DNA from: Paragordius varius
Lineage: Eukaryota > Animalia > Nematomorpha
DNA length: 64,000 nucleotides
NCBI GenBank assembly: GCA_964247055.1
Contig: OZ176051.1
Coordinates: 4,774,001-4,838,000 of the forward strand
Direction: 5' to 3'
Part shown: positions 25,567-38,138 of the stretch, piece by piece
Numbering within the stretch: position 1 is the stretch's first letter
Layout of the letters: the number at the start of each line of letters is the position of its first letter
Made by a program: the position numbers and the translations under genes
The notes under the pieces: generated by a model
The model's input: the letters and a program-made list of their open reading frames with translations, nothing else
Database searches by the model: none
What the model was told of the DNA's origin: nothing

Positions 25567-28214
25567 ATGTCCACCAAAAACGCTCTCATTGTCGTCGATG
25601 TTCAAATCGATTTTATTTCAGAATCTCTTGCGCTTGATAAATGTCCATCTGGCGAAAATGGTCAGGAAGTGATTCCAGTTCTAAACAATATTCTTTTGAA
25701 AAATCAAATAAAAAATTACTTTATTGTTATTGTTTATACGCAAGATTGGCATCCCTTAGATCATTGTTCCTTTATTGAAAATAAGAACACTCTAAATTAC
25801 GCCGACAAAGCATTTGACGTAAACATTTTTAATCTATTATAGCCAAAAAATGTGAAACTTTTTGACACCGTTGAATTGTTGTATAAACCAAATAACAAAA
25901 CTTTTAAACAAACCCTTTGGCCCAAACACTGCGTGCACAATACTCATGGCGCTAACCTTGCTCCTGATCTTATAGTAAGTTTTTTGTGTTCAATCATATG
26001 TTAAGGGCCTTTGCCAATATTCATAACAGTATTGTGATAAATTTGCATATCTAAGCTATATGTCGTGTTTTTATTAAAATATTTTTATTTATATAGATCA
26101 AATAATAGGTATTATTGGTTTGGCCCATTCCATGGATTAATTTACGATATATATCTCTATCATTTGTTGCATTTTGAGGTATGTTCAGAAATTCAAAATC
26201 TTGTTCTATGATTTGAGTCCAAGTTGTTTTAGGCCTCCCTTTTCGGTTGGAGGCAGAAATCTGTAAATCAAGAATTTCTTTTGCAGGTGAGTCTATACTG
26301 GATCTGTCTATGTATCCAAAATACCGAAGTTTATTTGTTCTGATTAAAGCTGTTATTGGTTCTAGTTCGTTTATGGTAGGATTTATCATCATATATTTTA
26401 GCATTTTGTCTTCCGTTCTTTTCAATCTCGATTCTAATGTTTTTGTGATTGCCCAGGTTTCGCAGGCGTAGGTAAGGGTAGGGCGGACACCCAATTTCTA
26501 CATTTTGATTTTATTTTTTATGGTTATGTCTTTATGTGTTAATACATATTTGAGTTGGTTAAATTTTTCCCAGCCGAGTTTTATTCTATGTGATATGGTT
26601 GTTTGAAGCCATTATTATTACTGATATTACCTAAATAGGTGAAATCGTTGACGATTTCGAACCTAAAATTTTCTATACTAAACTCCCTTGATTTAGGGAT
26701 GTTTGGTTTTCCTGATATACAGCTTTGGCATTTAAAATTTTTATTGTCATTTAATTTTCCTTTCAGGTTAGTGCATTTTTTGTGGACCCACATTTAAATG
26801 TACATAAAATGGAATTTGTTTTAACCTCTTTGTAGCAAATAGAGCAGGGATATTTTATGGTTCTTTTTTCTCACCTGTGATCATTACCTTTGTCTTTTCT
26901 ATATTAATAATATTTCCAAAAACGTAAAAGTATTTCTACTGAAAGTCTACTACGATGCATATAAATTTTATACACAATTTTTATTTTTAATAGAGTTTTA
27001 TGTTTATTTTTCATTCGTATGGTGTTTTCTTTAACATACGCCACTATAGCTTATGCGAAGAATTCTGTTTTTATTTTAATAAGTTTATTATTGGCATAAA
27101 CCTTTTTTTTTATTTTTTTCATAAGTAAATTTTGAATATTTTTATTATGTGCTCTCCTATAATTTTTAATTTTCAATTCCATTTTGATCCAGACTTTAGG
27201 CGGTGTTTTCACAAAATAGCCTAGCTCAAATCAGATAACAATATAATTTGCTTTGAAAAATAGTTTAATTTCAAAAAATTGCCAAAAATCAATTTGAATT
27301 ACATGATTTTTTAACACAAGTTACATCAATTTTTTAATTCACCCACCTCAAATAATAGGTAATCCCAGATTCAGATAACTGCAAAGTTTACAATGTAAAA
27401 AAGGGTATGGACCAAATCGAGTCATATTCCGCATTTTTCAGCGTTGAAAGGTATGAAAAAACTCAACTCGATAGCCTTCTTAAACAAAATGGCATAACGG
27501 ATGTGTTTATTGGTGGTTTGGCAACTGATGTTTGTGTGTGTAAGTGTTTTACCATATAATTAATATCACGTGTTCTTTCCTTATGATTTTTGATTAAATT
27601 TATATTACTCCTTTAGATTTTTTATCTCTATCGGTAGTTATTGTTTTTGGTCAAATCATAATTTTAAATTAAAAAAAGTGAAACAAACAATTATAAATTT
27701 ATAAACAGTAATTTAGTGCTGACAAAAAATTGAAATATACTTTTATATAAAATAAATGCAAGAAAATTTAAAATTGTTTGGAAGAATGAAAATTAAGATT
27801 ATAGAATTTGTGATTTCGTTTTTAAATTTAACAAAAACGGTTCCGATCCGACTCCAGATTTTTTAATCCATTTCTATTGTGATCTTCTTATTTTTCTTAA
27901 AAATAAATTGATATAATATATTGTTATACTTGCTCATTTTATTAATATTTGATATAGTTAGATGTTTTTATTCATACATTTATATTAATTTTTACAAAAA
28001 TTAATATATATCAGCAATTAAATAATTTGTTTTCTTATTTTTTTTACGCATGTTAGATCACACTGCGGTTGATAGTGTTTACCTGGGATATAAAACTCAT
28101 TTGATTGTAGATGCATGTCGGGGTAGCGATAAAGTAAAGTCACAAAACGCTATGAAAGATTTGAAAAATCTCGGTGTTAAATTAATATCCTCAAATCAAA
28201 TATTCGAATTATAA
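25567..28214 (+). CDS. PNC1: Nicotinamidase/pyrazinamidase (isochorismatase fold), 240 aa
   Basis: Exons 25567-25818, 25843-25974, 27359-27539, 28057-28214. Motifs ALIVVDVQIDF (catalytic D), YTQDWHP and LWPKHCV (metal ligands), KKG (catalytic K), ESYSAF, GLATDVCV (catalytic C). Confidence 0.92.
25819..25842 (+). other. 24-nt GT-AG micro-intron (nicotinamidase intron 1, phase 0)
   Basis: gtaaacatttttaatctattatag, ending in an in-frame TAG. The downstream WPKHC exon contains no other AG, and the nearest upstream in-phase GT would delete the DWH motif. Confidence 0.9.
26051..26890 (-). mobile_element. 5'-truncated, decayed RTE-type LINE (PHD-finger lineage), antisense in nicotinamidase intron 2
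   Basis: KYPCSICYKEVKTNSILC..WVHKKC...FKCQSC, FTYLG, VRPTLTYACETW, LRYFGYIDR, RKGRPKTTW; frameshifts and an internal deletion. Confidence 0.85.
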
Positions 28215-29033
28215 CTGACTGACTGCAAATAAGTTTGCATTAAAATATGATATATGCCTTATACCAGTCCGGTAATAACTAATTCAACCGTATGTAGGTG
28301 CAACCATTTCCAATTATATAATAATAATAATAATGAAAATTCATGTTATAATAAAATATAACCTTTGAAATTATTAGTTTTAAAGTGTTATTCAGTATGT
28401 TTGGCGGATTATTTTTTTGAAGAATTCACAATCACGGTTACATATGCATTCCTAACAGAATTAATCTAACCCTTATTTATTAATTTATTGAAATTGTATT
28501 TATACTATATCAATGATTTCGTTTTCAAATTCTTAAATGTGCATTTAATTTTAAACACAACGCGAATTATATATATTTTTTTATGATATCAAAAATCACT
28601 AACCATGAATTTATTTTCTAATAAATAAGTGAACAAATAGAAAATAGTCTAATTTATGGTTGAGTTTGTTTCATCGTCCATGTATTTCAATGGTTATTTC
28701 TTATTGATAATGTCATGTTTTATTAAAAAAATAATATTAAACCTAACATATATCCCCATTTTTAATTATTTCTGGGCTAAAAAAGTATAATAATTTTTGA
28801 TATAGCGATCGTTTTAAGACAATAATATACGAAATCGATATGTGAAAACCCCAAGTAGTCAAATAGTTGTGTCGTACTGATGAGTGCTAACAAGCACAAA
28901 ACTAGTCTGCGATTACTACTGACGTTTCTATTTAATTTTCTATTGTCATTGTGATACGGATTTTACAACTGTTATTACTGAAACAATATATTTACATATA
29001 ATTTATTTACAATCAAACTTAAGTGTGTATATT

Positions 29034-32000
29034 TTATTTTTTAGGTTTAATTCCATATAATTTTAAGCGGTCCGTATCTTCGTGTGTGACACTATCTTTT
29101 TTCATGTTAGATTTTTGTTGTTTTAATTGCTGCTCATCTTGTTTGTGATATATGCTAGTTAAAATTTTATCTTTTTTTCCACTACGCCTTTCATAAGCCG
29201 TTTTATCATATTTCTCCTGTTGATCTGAACGATATTGTACGGCTTTTTTGAGGGAGACCCATTTATTTAACTCTTTGTCTTCCGCTTTCCAAATCTGATA
29301 AAATTAAAATATGAAAAATTAAATTTTTTTATAATTTAGACGAAAATTATAATTTAAACAACATATATTCAACTTGAAAGTTGATGTAATAAATATACAG
29401 ATAATCTATTGAGATGAGCTCATTAAAATATATAAAAATTATTGTTATATTGATAAAATTAGTTAAAATTTTAATTAAAGTGACGTTTGTATCTGATTTT
29501 ATCTAATTAATATTTTAACAATAGTCATGAAACATACCTCATCCATAGAAAGACCAAATTGATTGGGTAAAACTTTTCTGTACCTAAATCTTGTGGGCAT
29601 ATCATCTATGAAATCTTCAAATTGATATTGTCGATATTCTTGAATAAGATCCATTATTTCCATGGATGCTAATTAAAAATTATTACAATTATTGTATTGT
29701 ATATCGTTTTTAAATTAAAAAACTCCATTTTTTAATCAAAACTTTGAGAATACCATATTTTATTACAATAAAATAAATATCACAAAAAAACTAATGATCC
29801 AAATGAAAAAAATGATTAGCACATGGAAATATAGTAATAAATAGACCATATAGGACCCTTGAATGCTTTCTGTTGTAACTAATTACAAATTTCCTCAATT
29901 TTCTTTTATTTGTAATTTATCTTAAATATCCCATTCCAAGTCTCTTTCCCTCAATCAGAAGGGTTATTCCGCAAGAAAGGACATTCTGGAATGTAAAGGA
30001 GCAAATGTCACAACATTCTAACACTAATTATGACAAATTCAACGCAACCAAACTAAAATTCGGGAGCTTTAATATTAATTCTTTAAATGGAAAAACCTAT
30101 GAAATCATCTTAGCTTTGCAAAAGCGCAATATACCAATATGCGCGCTTCAGGAATGCCACTGGAAAAACAATGGGTCTACATCGATTCTCAATTATCATC
30201 TCTATTGGTCCGGCAACAATATTAATAAGACATCTGGAGTTGGATTCCTTATACATAATGATTACAATGATAATATTACTTCTATAAACTATATAAATGA
30301 CCGAATTCTCCACATTAAAATTTTACTTCATGATAAAATATTTAATCTTTTCTCCATTTATGCTCCACAAAATGGATTATCTAACCAACATAAAACCAGC
30401 TTTTACGATATTCTGTATGAAAATCTCCTTTTAATCCCTGAAAATGAAATTTTAATTTTAATGGGTGATTTTAATGGCCATTTTGGAAAGCAATACATTG
30501 CAGATATTCATGGAGGTTATGGAACAGACGATATAAATGACAATGGATCCCGTTTGATCGACTTTTTACAAAATAGTGATTTAACCATAATAAACACCTT
30601 TTTTAAAAAAAATCGGAATAATCATTATTATACATATGAGACTTTAAACCACAACTCTATGATTGATTTGTTCTTGACAAAGAAATATCACAGAAAACTT
30701 TTCACCAATGTCAAAACTATATATGAACTACAATTAAATCACAAATTGATAGTATTAGAAACAACCTTAGGAATTCTAAAACTAAATTCTCCAGAAAACA
30801 GAATCATCAAAAATTCTGACATAAGATGTTTAAACTATAAAAAACTCACAGATGACGCGCAGAAAACAGCTAAATTTAAATCATCCATAACTGAAAAATT
30901 AAAAAAAAACTTTACTCTCAAACCCAACTTGGGAAAATTTAAAAAACACTTATATCCATACAGTTGAATCCCTGGTGGGGAGGAAAAAATCAAATAAAGG
31001 TCATCAAAAAAAATATCAATTTTGGTGGAATAATAAAGTGAAAGAGCATATAAAACAGAAAAATTTGGCACATAAAATTTGGTTCAAGGAAAAGACACCA
31101 TTAAATAGAAAATTATATCTAGAATCCAAAAGTTTATGTCGAAAAATTATCAGGGATGCTAAAAATGAAGAAGCGCTAAAGTATGCGAAAGAAATCGATA
31201 TTAAAACTAAAAACAAAACTGTATATAAATGGGCTAAAAGCAATAATAATAATAAAACATCCGCACCAAAATCAGTGAGATTAAACAATACAATAATAAA
31301 TGATCCAGCTATTGTTAAAAACACCTATCTTACCTACTTCTCGGAAATTTTAAACCTAAACAACCCCATCACGACTCCTATTACATCAACACCTACTCAA
31401 AGCTGTGCCGAAAACCTAACTGAATCAGATATCCATACCGCTTTATGCAAAATGAAAAATAAAAAACTTCCTGGCCCTTCAGAACTCACGGCCGACATGC
31501 TTAAACTAACTGACCCTCAGATTATCGATTCATATCTGACAACTTTATTCAACAATATAATAAAAGACGAAAAAATCCCTCCTGACTGGGAAAACAGCCA
31601 TATCATTCCCATATACAAAAAAGGAGACCCTCTGCTGCCGAAATCCTACCGTCCAATAAAGTTATTAGATCACACTATGAAAATATATGAAAAAGTAATT
31701 CTCTCCAAAATCCTGCCCAAATTGCATTTAAACGAAATGCAATGCGGGTTCCGGCCAAATAAAAGTACAATAGATGCCATATTCACGCTAAGACAACTTC
31801 AAAGCGCATACATCAAAAAATCTCCTTTATACTACGCTTTTCTTGACATGGAACGAGCCTTTGATGCCATTCCAAGAGATCTTATACCATGGGCTCTTAG
31901 GCGTCAAGGCATTGACGAATGGTTGATAACCTCAATAATGCTCTTATACCGTAATACCAGAGCCCAAATCAAAACCCCGTTTGGACTAAGTAAAAGTTTT

Positions 32001-34369
32001 TCAATAAAAAATGGACTCCACCAAGGATCCATATTAAGCCCAACCCTCTTCAATGTCATTATGGAAGAAATAACTAAAGACATCGCAACCGGCATGCCAC
32101 ACCAAATTCTTTACGCCGATGATCTCGTAATATCATCGACATCGGAAAGCGATCTCATAGGGAAAATTCGTCTGTGGAATGACACCTTAAAAAGCTATGG
32201 TGTCAAAGTCAATTTTTCAAAAACCAAATTAATGTACGATAATCTCACCGCAAAAAACCCATGCAGCCTATGCAGAAAAGAAGTTAAATCAAATTCTGTA
32301 CGCTGCAATTCTTGTCTTCTATGGGTACACAAAAAATGTAGTAGCCTCAAATCTATAAATGATTACGATAAACACTACAAATGCTCGGCATGTTTAAATA
32401 ATAATATTAATTTAACAATCAACTCGATTCCCAATCCTTTCAATATGGAAACAGTGAGCAGTTTTTGCTACTTGGGCGATATGATATCAGCCGGTGGAGG
32501 AATAGAACCTGCAATTAAGCATCGCATATCACAAATGTGGAAAAAATACCATTCGTTAAAATTAATAATAAATAATAAATTCGTCAAACTACAAACTAAA
32601 TGTGCCATTTACACTACAGCTATCCGTCCCGTTCTCACATATGCATCCGAATCCTGGCCGATGTCAAAAACAAATGAATCCAAACTCATAAACGCTGAAT
32701 CCAAATTATTGAAAACAATATTATTTGCACACAATCCCTCTAAATTCAATTATACCGAATCCATAAACCCGTACCATATACTCAATCTCAACCCCGTCAA
32801 CAACGTCATCAGAAATCTCCGGTTACAATGGGCTGGACATGTTGAAAGACGGCAAGATACTCACATTCTTAAAACTATGAAAAATTACTCGGTTGAACTA
32901 CCAGCAAAATCCGGCCGACCCCATACCACATGGCTCAACACAATAACTAAAGACCTCGAATCGCTCAATTTAAATCTAGAATTAGCCAAATCAAGAGAAG
33001 AGTGGAAAAAACGGGTGTACCGTCATTTAATGGCGAATCCCCATACAAATGAATGAATGAATGAATGAATCTTATTTTTTAAATCATGTGCTAATCATTT
33101 TTTTGAATATTTATTTGTAGCTTAGAAAATTTTTTAATCAAACGCAAAATTATATCATTAGAAAATTGCGGTCAAATGAAAAAAACTGTTTTTGAATAAA
33201 ATTAATATATTACCTTTTGAAACATTTTCTTGATCAATTTCGCCATTTAATTGTATCTCCTAGTTAAACATTTACAATATTTAAAACTTTAATTAATCGC
33301 TCCAAATTTTCAAAATCGTCATCTTGTTTGGCTTTATAAAAGAGGGATTTGCCAATTACTCTTTCGAGATTTTTGATGCAATGCAAAATTTTAGATTTGC
33401 ATTGTGCTACGATAAAAAATAGGAAATAAAAATTTACAATTAAAATATCGCTTAATACAGATTAGATGTAAAAAAGGCATTTTATAGAAATTTTCCATAT
33501 ATTAAATTTTAAAATAAATTCACTCACCTTATCATCATTGCGAAATACATAAAAGATTATAAAAAAACTCTACCACATTAAAAAATTAATTTTTTAGACA
33601 TTGTGTGGCTTTATAATTTTGAGCTTAATAAATAAAATGTTTATATAAATGTATGATAGTCTATTTAAAAGATAACTTTTGCGACAAAAGTAAAGAATTA
33701 AATAATTACTCCTTTTTCTTTTGATTTCTTCCAAAAATTTTAAGCGTTTTTTTTCCTTCTTTTCTTTCATTTGTTTTCGTTTTAAAGCCTTCTTTTCACG
33801 TTTATCGCCAATTAATGATTTTCGCATCAATTGTTTTGATATGTCTGCGGATAAAAAGCGAGGTACCGGTGCAGTTACCAGATTAATAGGTGGAACAATA
33901 ACATCTTGTGATTGATTTTTAACAATAAAAATGTCATCAGGGATATCAGGCGTACATATAAATCTGATGCTGTAAATTAAATGGATTTACTTGTTGGGAG
34001 CGGATGATTTTTTGGTTTTTAATTCCTTTTTATAGTTTTGGTATTCTTTAAGCGTAAGTTTTTTATTAGATTTGGTTTTGTCCTCATCTAATACTTGGGA
34101 ATATTGTATCGAAAAATCTTTTGAATAGATAACAGGATTTTTTTCTTTAAGCAAACTCAACGTATTTTGAAGTTCTCTATCAATCTAAAATGTTTAAATC
34201 ATAGGAGAATACTGCTTGTGGGTGATCCGAATTTAAAATAAAATTATCATCTAATTTAAGATTTTGTAAAACCTAATCGATGGGTTTTATTTTTGTGATA
34301 AGAATCTGCAAATGCTTTATTTATTGTTATAGTCTCCGAACTCTCGTCCTCAAATAATTTCAAACTCAT
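29034..34369 (-). CDS. KRI1: KRI1 homolog (40S ribosome biogenesis factor), 381 aa
   Basis: Exons 34369-34273, 34250-34213, 34184-33991, 33969-33710, 33406-33288, 33259-33214, 29668-29538, 29294-29034 (1146 nt). N-term ITINKAFADSY and TLSLLKEKNPVIY; Kri1_C-like QEYRQYQFEDFIDDMPTRFRYRKVLPNQFGLSMDEIWKAEDKELNKWVSLKKAVQYR; C-term RLKLYG. Confidence 0.85.
29925..33068 (+). mobile_element. Near full-length RTE-clade LINE (APE endonuclease-RT-PHD-like finger), antisense in KRI1 intron 6
   Basis: ORF 30005-30967 (NINSL, ALQECH, GDFNGH) and 30975-33056 (QGSILSP, YADD, CSLC...WVHKKC...CSAC) join into one ~1016-aa ORF if one A is removed from the A9 run at 30901-30909; (AATG)5 tail at 33048-33067; candidate TSD ATCTTA (29919-29924 / 33069-33074). 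Confidence 0.9.
33260..33287 (-). other. 28-nt GT-AG micro-intron (KRI1 intron 5, phase 0)
   Basis: gttttaaatattgtaaatgtttaactag; together with the 46-nt exon 33259-33214 it is needed to reach the Kri1_C exons in phase. Confidence 0.75.
33970..33990 (-). other. 21-nt GT-AG micro-intron (KRI1 intron 3, phase 2)
   Basis: gtaaatccatttaatttacag; unspliced gives AAG TAA. An in-frame AG 6 nt on would make it 27 nt. Confidence 0.75.
34185..34212 (-). other. 28-nt GT-AG micro-intron (KRI1 intron 2, phase 0)
   Basis: gtattctcctatgatttaaacattttag; unspliced reading reaches TGA. Confidence 0.75.
34251..34272 (-). other. 22-nt GT-AG micro-intron (KRI1 intron 1, phase 1)
   Basis: gttttacaaaatcttaaattag; treating 34185-34272 as one 88-nt intron breaks the frame (GAT TGA). 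Confidence 0.75.
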
Positions 34370-34424
34370 TTTTGAAGCTATGGAAAATCACATGTGATAC
34401 CTTTTACTATGACAACATGTTAAA

Positions 34425-34995
34425 CACTTGGATACAACACACTCATTTTAGTCCTTCATTTCAAATTGGGGTTGGATACCCCAGGATTGTTTAAAATCAA
34501 ATACTTTAAAAATTATAAAAGGAATCGAAACCATGGCAAAATATTGCACTTATATAACATTAGCAAACCAAAATATATAAAAAAATTTACTCAAAAATAC
34601 TTGATATTACTTATTTTAAGCTAAAACCGAAAGGTAAAAAGTTCGTCAACGTGGCATGTGTGAAATGGTAAAATTAAAAAATAATACAAAATAAACAGCT
34701 ATTTCTATTTCTATTAGTTTTAGATGTGATAAATAAAAAATTTGCTTTAATTTTACCCTTTAAATAATGATGAAGACGATATTTTGTAAAATTTGTGTAA
34801 AATAAAATGGCGTCCATGTAGTTGGACATGGAACTTTTTTTTCAAAACAAAATTTGATCAAGATATTTAAGCATATTTATATAATTTTGATTAGGATAGA
34901 AACATAAATTTAAATTGGGACCGTTTCTTTTGGTAGTTTTTAAGATTATTAATTTAAGTCTGGGGTATTTAGATACCCCAATTTGAATCGAAGTG
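34425..34995 (+). mobile_element. piggyBac-like MITE (571 bp) just upstream of KRI1
   Basis: CACTTGGATACAACACACTCATTTTAGTCC...ATTTGAATCGAAGTG|TTAA; left flank TAAA. Confidence 0.85.
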
Positions 34996-35541
34996 TTAAA
35001 AATTGTATCATCATTTAAACGTTATCTCACTTTTATGTTAAATACTACTATATTTAATAATTCATATTTATGACCTTAATTGTATTTACTTGCCAATGGA
35101 AAAATTATTTCCACTAAGATACAATCCTTCTCGTACAAATGATTTATGAATGCATTAACATATAATTTTTATATTAAAACATTCTTTGTGGTTAATTTTA
35201 CCCTAGGAATAATTATCAGTATTGAAAATGTGACGCTAATTTTTTTTCTAAAATAATGCGAAAATTGAGTCCATTTCATTTTCTTATTTGTGCTCAGCCC
35301 TGGCTGCTCTGAGAATATGGATATAAAATGCAGATCCAAAATTGTCTCTTTGGAATTTGGGAAGCGTTTAGACTATTTTATTTTCCAGATCAGGATTGGA
35401 TTATTCTTTAACACTCCATTACATTTTCACTTTTTTACACTAGTTTGCGCTTATGGTAGTTTATATCCCAGAGCTCAATTTGTATAAACTACAGTTTATA
35501 ATTTTAGTTAAAATATTATTATCAAACATTTTTCTCATGTA

Positions 35542-38138
35542 CACTGCGTCCACAAAAAAATAACCTGATACTATACGTATATATATATATATATTGTGAT
35601 AGGAAAATGTATCAAGATTATCATGGTGTTTTTGGTTATGGCCCTTACGAGTGATATAAGAAAGTATTTATACCTTTGTGGTAATTGGTCCATAAAAAAT
35701 GGTATTTGCGCACATTTTTTAATAAAATTATTTTGGTGAATATCACTAAAACATATTACAAACTACCTATAAATAGCATAATATAATTTTTAAAAAATAA
35801 TTTTTAGAGGTGGGGTCCGAAGGTCCCAAATTTTTTCGTTCTTCTAAAATGAGCTAGTTTTCTTGAAAAAAGGAAAAATTCTGGAATCGCGCTATTATAA
35901 AAATGGAAAATGCTGACTTTGTGATCTGTTTCCGAAAAACCGGTAGACCCATTCAAATTTAAATGTAAAAATATAATCATTAATGAATGCCTCGACAGTA
36001 GCTTCACCCTTTTTGTATTAGGCCCCCAGTTCGGGCCTACCCCGTGTAAAAAACGGGTCAAAAATCATGAAGAACGTGCCATTCGATTTCAAATATGATT
36101 TTTTTTACTTATATAGTAGGCTCGCTTTTTTAATTTAAGCCCTCTTTTTACCCGCTCCCCCCGTAAAATGCTATTTTTTTCAAAAAACCAAGTCCACAAA
36201 AATAATTTTTTGAAACTATTTTTTGAAACTATTTTTCGCCCAAAGTATGAGACCGTAAAAATTCAATATGGATTCCAGGTATTCCCTGTTAAAAGGCAAA
36301 AGTTTTAGTCAAGCGTTTCTTTGATGATAGCTGCTTGGTAAGGAAATACCCGCTAAAAATTGACCCGTCATATCGAAATGGCGTGCCTTTGGGGCTAAGT
36401 TTCAAAAAACCTTCAGGCCATATGAGTTCAATAACTGCTTAAAGTATTACCCGTAACAAGGCAAAAATTTAGATCGTGCGGTTTTTAAAAATTCCGTTAA
36501 TTAGGTTCACGCCCTGAAAACGCCACCATAGAATGAATTTTTAATTTACGACAGTTTTTCTAAAAACTAATGAGAGCATATGGAAGCAATCATGATTTCA
36601 GGTATTCTCTGTAAAAAGGCAAAAATTTTAATCATGCACTTTTTTGTATCAGCCTCTGGGTAGGGATCTACCCCCCAGAAACTGCGCCACTATATAGAAA
36701 TTCCGTTGTTTTGGAACTATTTTAAAGAGATCTCATTTAAAGTTCGAAATATTACCAATAACTAGGTAAAAATTAAGGTCAGGGCTTTTTATATCAGCCG
36801 TTTATTTGGGGCGTTTATGCCTTAAAAATACGCCATCATATAACGATTATTTAGTGTTAAGGTATTTTTCTAATAACCTATGTGATGATGGTCTCAAAGA
36901 TATCCAAATATTTTACCTATAAAAGCAAAAAATTTAACTTAGCGCTTTTTCCATATAGGCCTATTGGTAGGGGTCTACCGGTTTAAAACTGAGACGCCAT
37001 ACAAAAATGGCGTGGCTTCGGAAATAATTTTCAAAAAACTTAAGAAGTTATACGAGTTCAATAAAGGCTTTAAATATTAACCATAAAAAGGTAAAAATTA
37101 TAGTATAGCGGTTTTTTCCGTTAGCCGTCAATTTGGGCCTTCACACCAGTAAACAATATATTGAATGCACAGTTTTGTAAATTCTATGAAGCACCATTTT
37201 GAAAATCCTATGAGATGATAGCTATCATATAATGTTTCGAAATAATCCTCATATATGGATTATTTTATTGATCCCTTTTTTCAAATAGCCCCCGTCCCAG
37301 AAGTCCAAAGAACTTCCTCGGGCTGCTAGTAGCACGAGATTTACACTAGTTATATATATATAATGCTAAATTTTGATATCAAAATTGTTTTCAATGCATA
37401 CTTTTTTGAAAAATTTAACTTTTAGTAAAATCTTGTTTAAGCGTACATACTATTTTAATGCATGATGGAAACGGTATAAAATGCTCTAAAATATTAGTAA
37501 CACATTTTTTAATTCGATATTGAGCATTTCTATCGCTTCAGAATTTTAATTTAAAGGTCCGTCTTAAATCTTTGCTGAATTTTTGTAAAAAAACACAAAT
37601 TTTATTTAGCAACGATATTAAACGAACGAATATAGTAAGGTGATAGAAATGTTCAGAGCATCATTAAATTTTGAAAAAATTGTTTTTATACCGTTTACAT
37701 CTTGCCCAAAACTAGTGTGAAGACGTTTCAACAAAATTTTGGTAAAAATAAAATTTTTGAAAAAAACTATGCATTTTTAAATATTTTTAGCCGATATCAA
37801 ATATCATATATATAAATTTTTATCGTACGATCCCGGCATTTTGCGTTTTAGTTAAGAAAACTAGCCCATTTTAACAGAGCGAAAAAATTGCGACTTTCGA
37901 AGCCCACATCTATAAATGATATATTTAAGTAATATTTTTTGGAATGAAATATATATCTTTTACCGAAATTTAACAAAAAGCCGTAATTTTATGGGAGCAC
38001 TAACCCCAAAATTGTAAATAACATTCTTACAGTCGTTTGGGCCAAAATTAAAAGCACCATAATAACCCTGACACATTTTCTCTCAGAATAATATTTTTCA
38101 TCAAGATATTTTTTTTACCCCCGATTTTGGATGCAGTA
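35542..38138 (+). mobile_element. Family X Tc1/mariner-like non-autonomous element (~1.14 kb), interrupted by a Helitron
   Basis: TA|CACTGCGTCC...GGATGCAGTA|TA termini; collinear with 61175-62356 once 35892-37349 is removed; internal inverted repeat ~37420-37750. Confidence 0.65.
35892..37349 (+). mobile_element. Non-autonomous Helitron with ~155-bp degenerate internal repeats
   Basis: Starts TATTATAAAAATGGAAAATGCTG (5' TC eroded); ends GCTGCTAGTAGCACGAGATTTACACTAG|T. Confidence 0.75.

Noticed and set aside
25819-25842. Stop-codon reassignment or readthrough instead of micro-introns
   Set aside because: Six of nine segments are not multiples of 3, all are bounded by GT...AG, and long exons and the LINE ORF lack internal stops under the standard code.
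30895-30980. Programmed -1 frameshift at A AAA AAC linking the LINE endonuclease and RT ORFs
   Set aside because: The RT frame is +1 relative to the endonuclease frame; a -1 slip reaches TAA within a few codons. A single extra A explains it.
30110-32095. Minus-strand ORFs 30110..30313, 30835..31071, 31016..31324 and 31904..32095, and similar short antisense ORFs over ALK, cyclin B and ALDH
   Set aside because: Shadow frames opposite real coding sequence, with no recognisable motifs.
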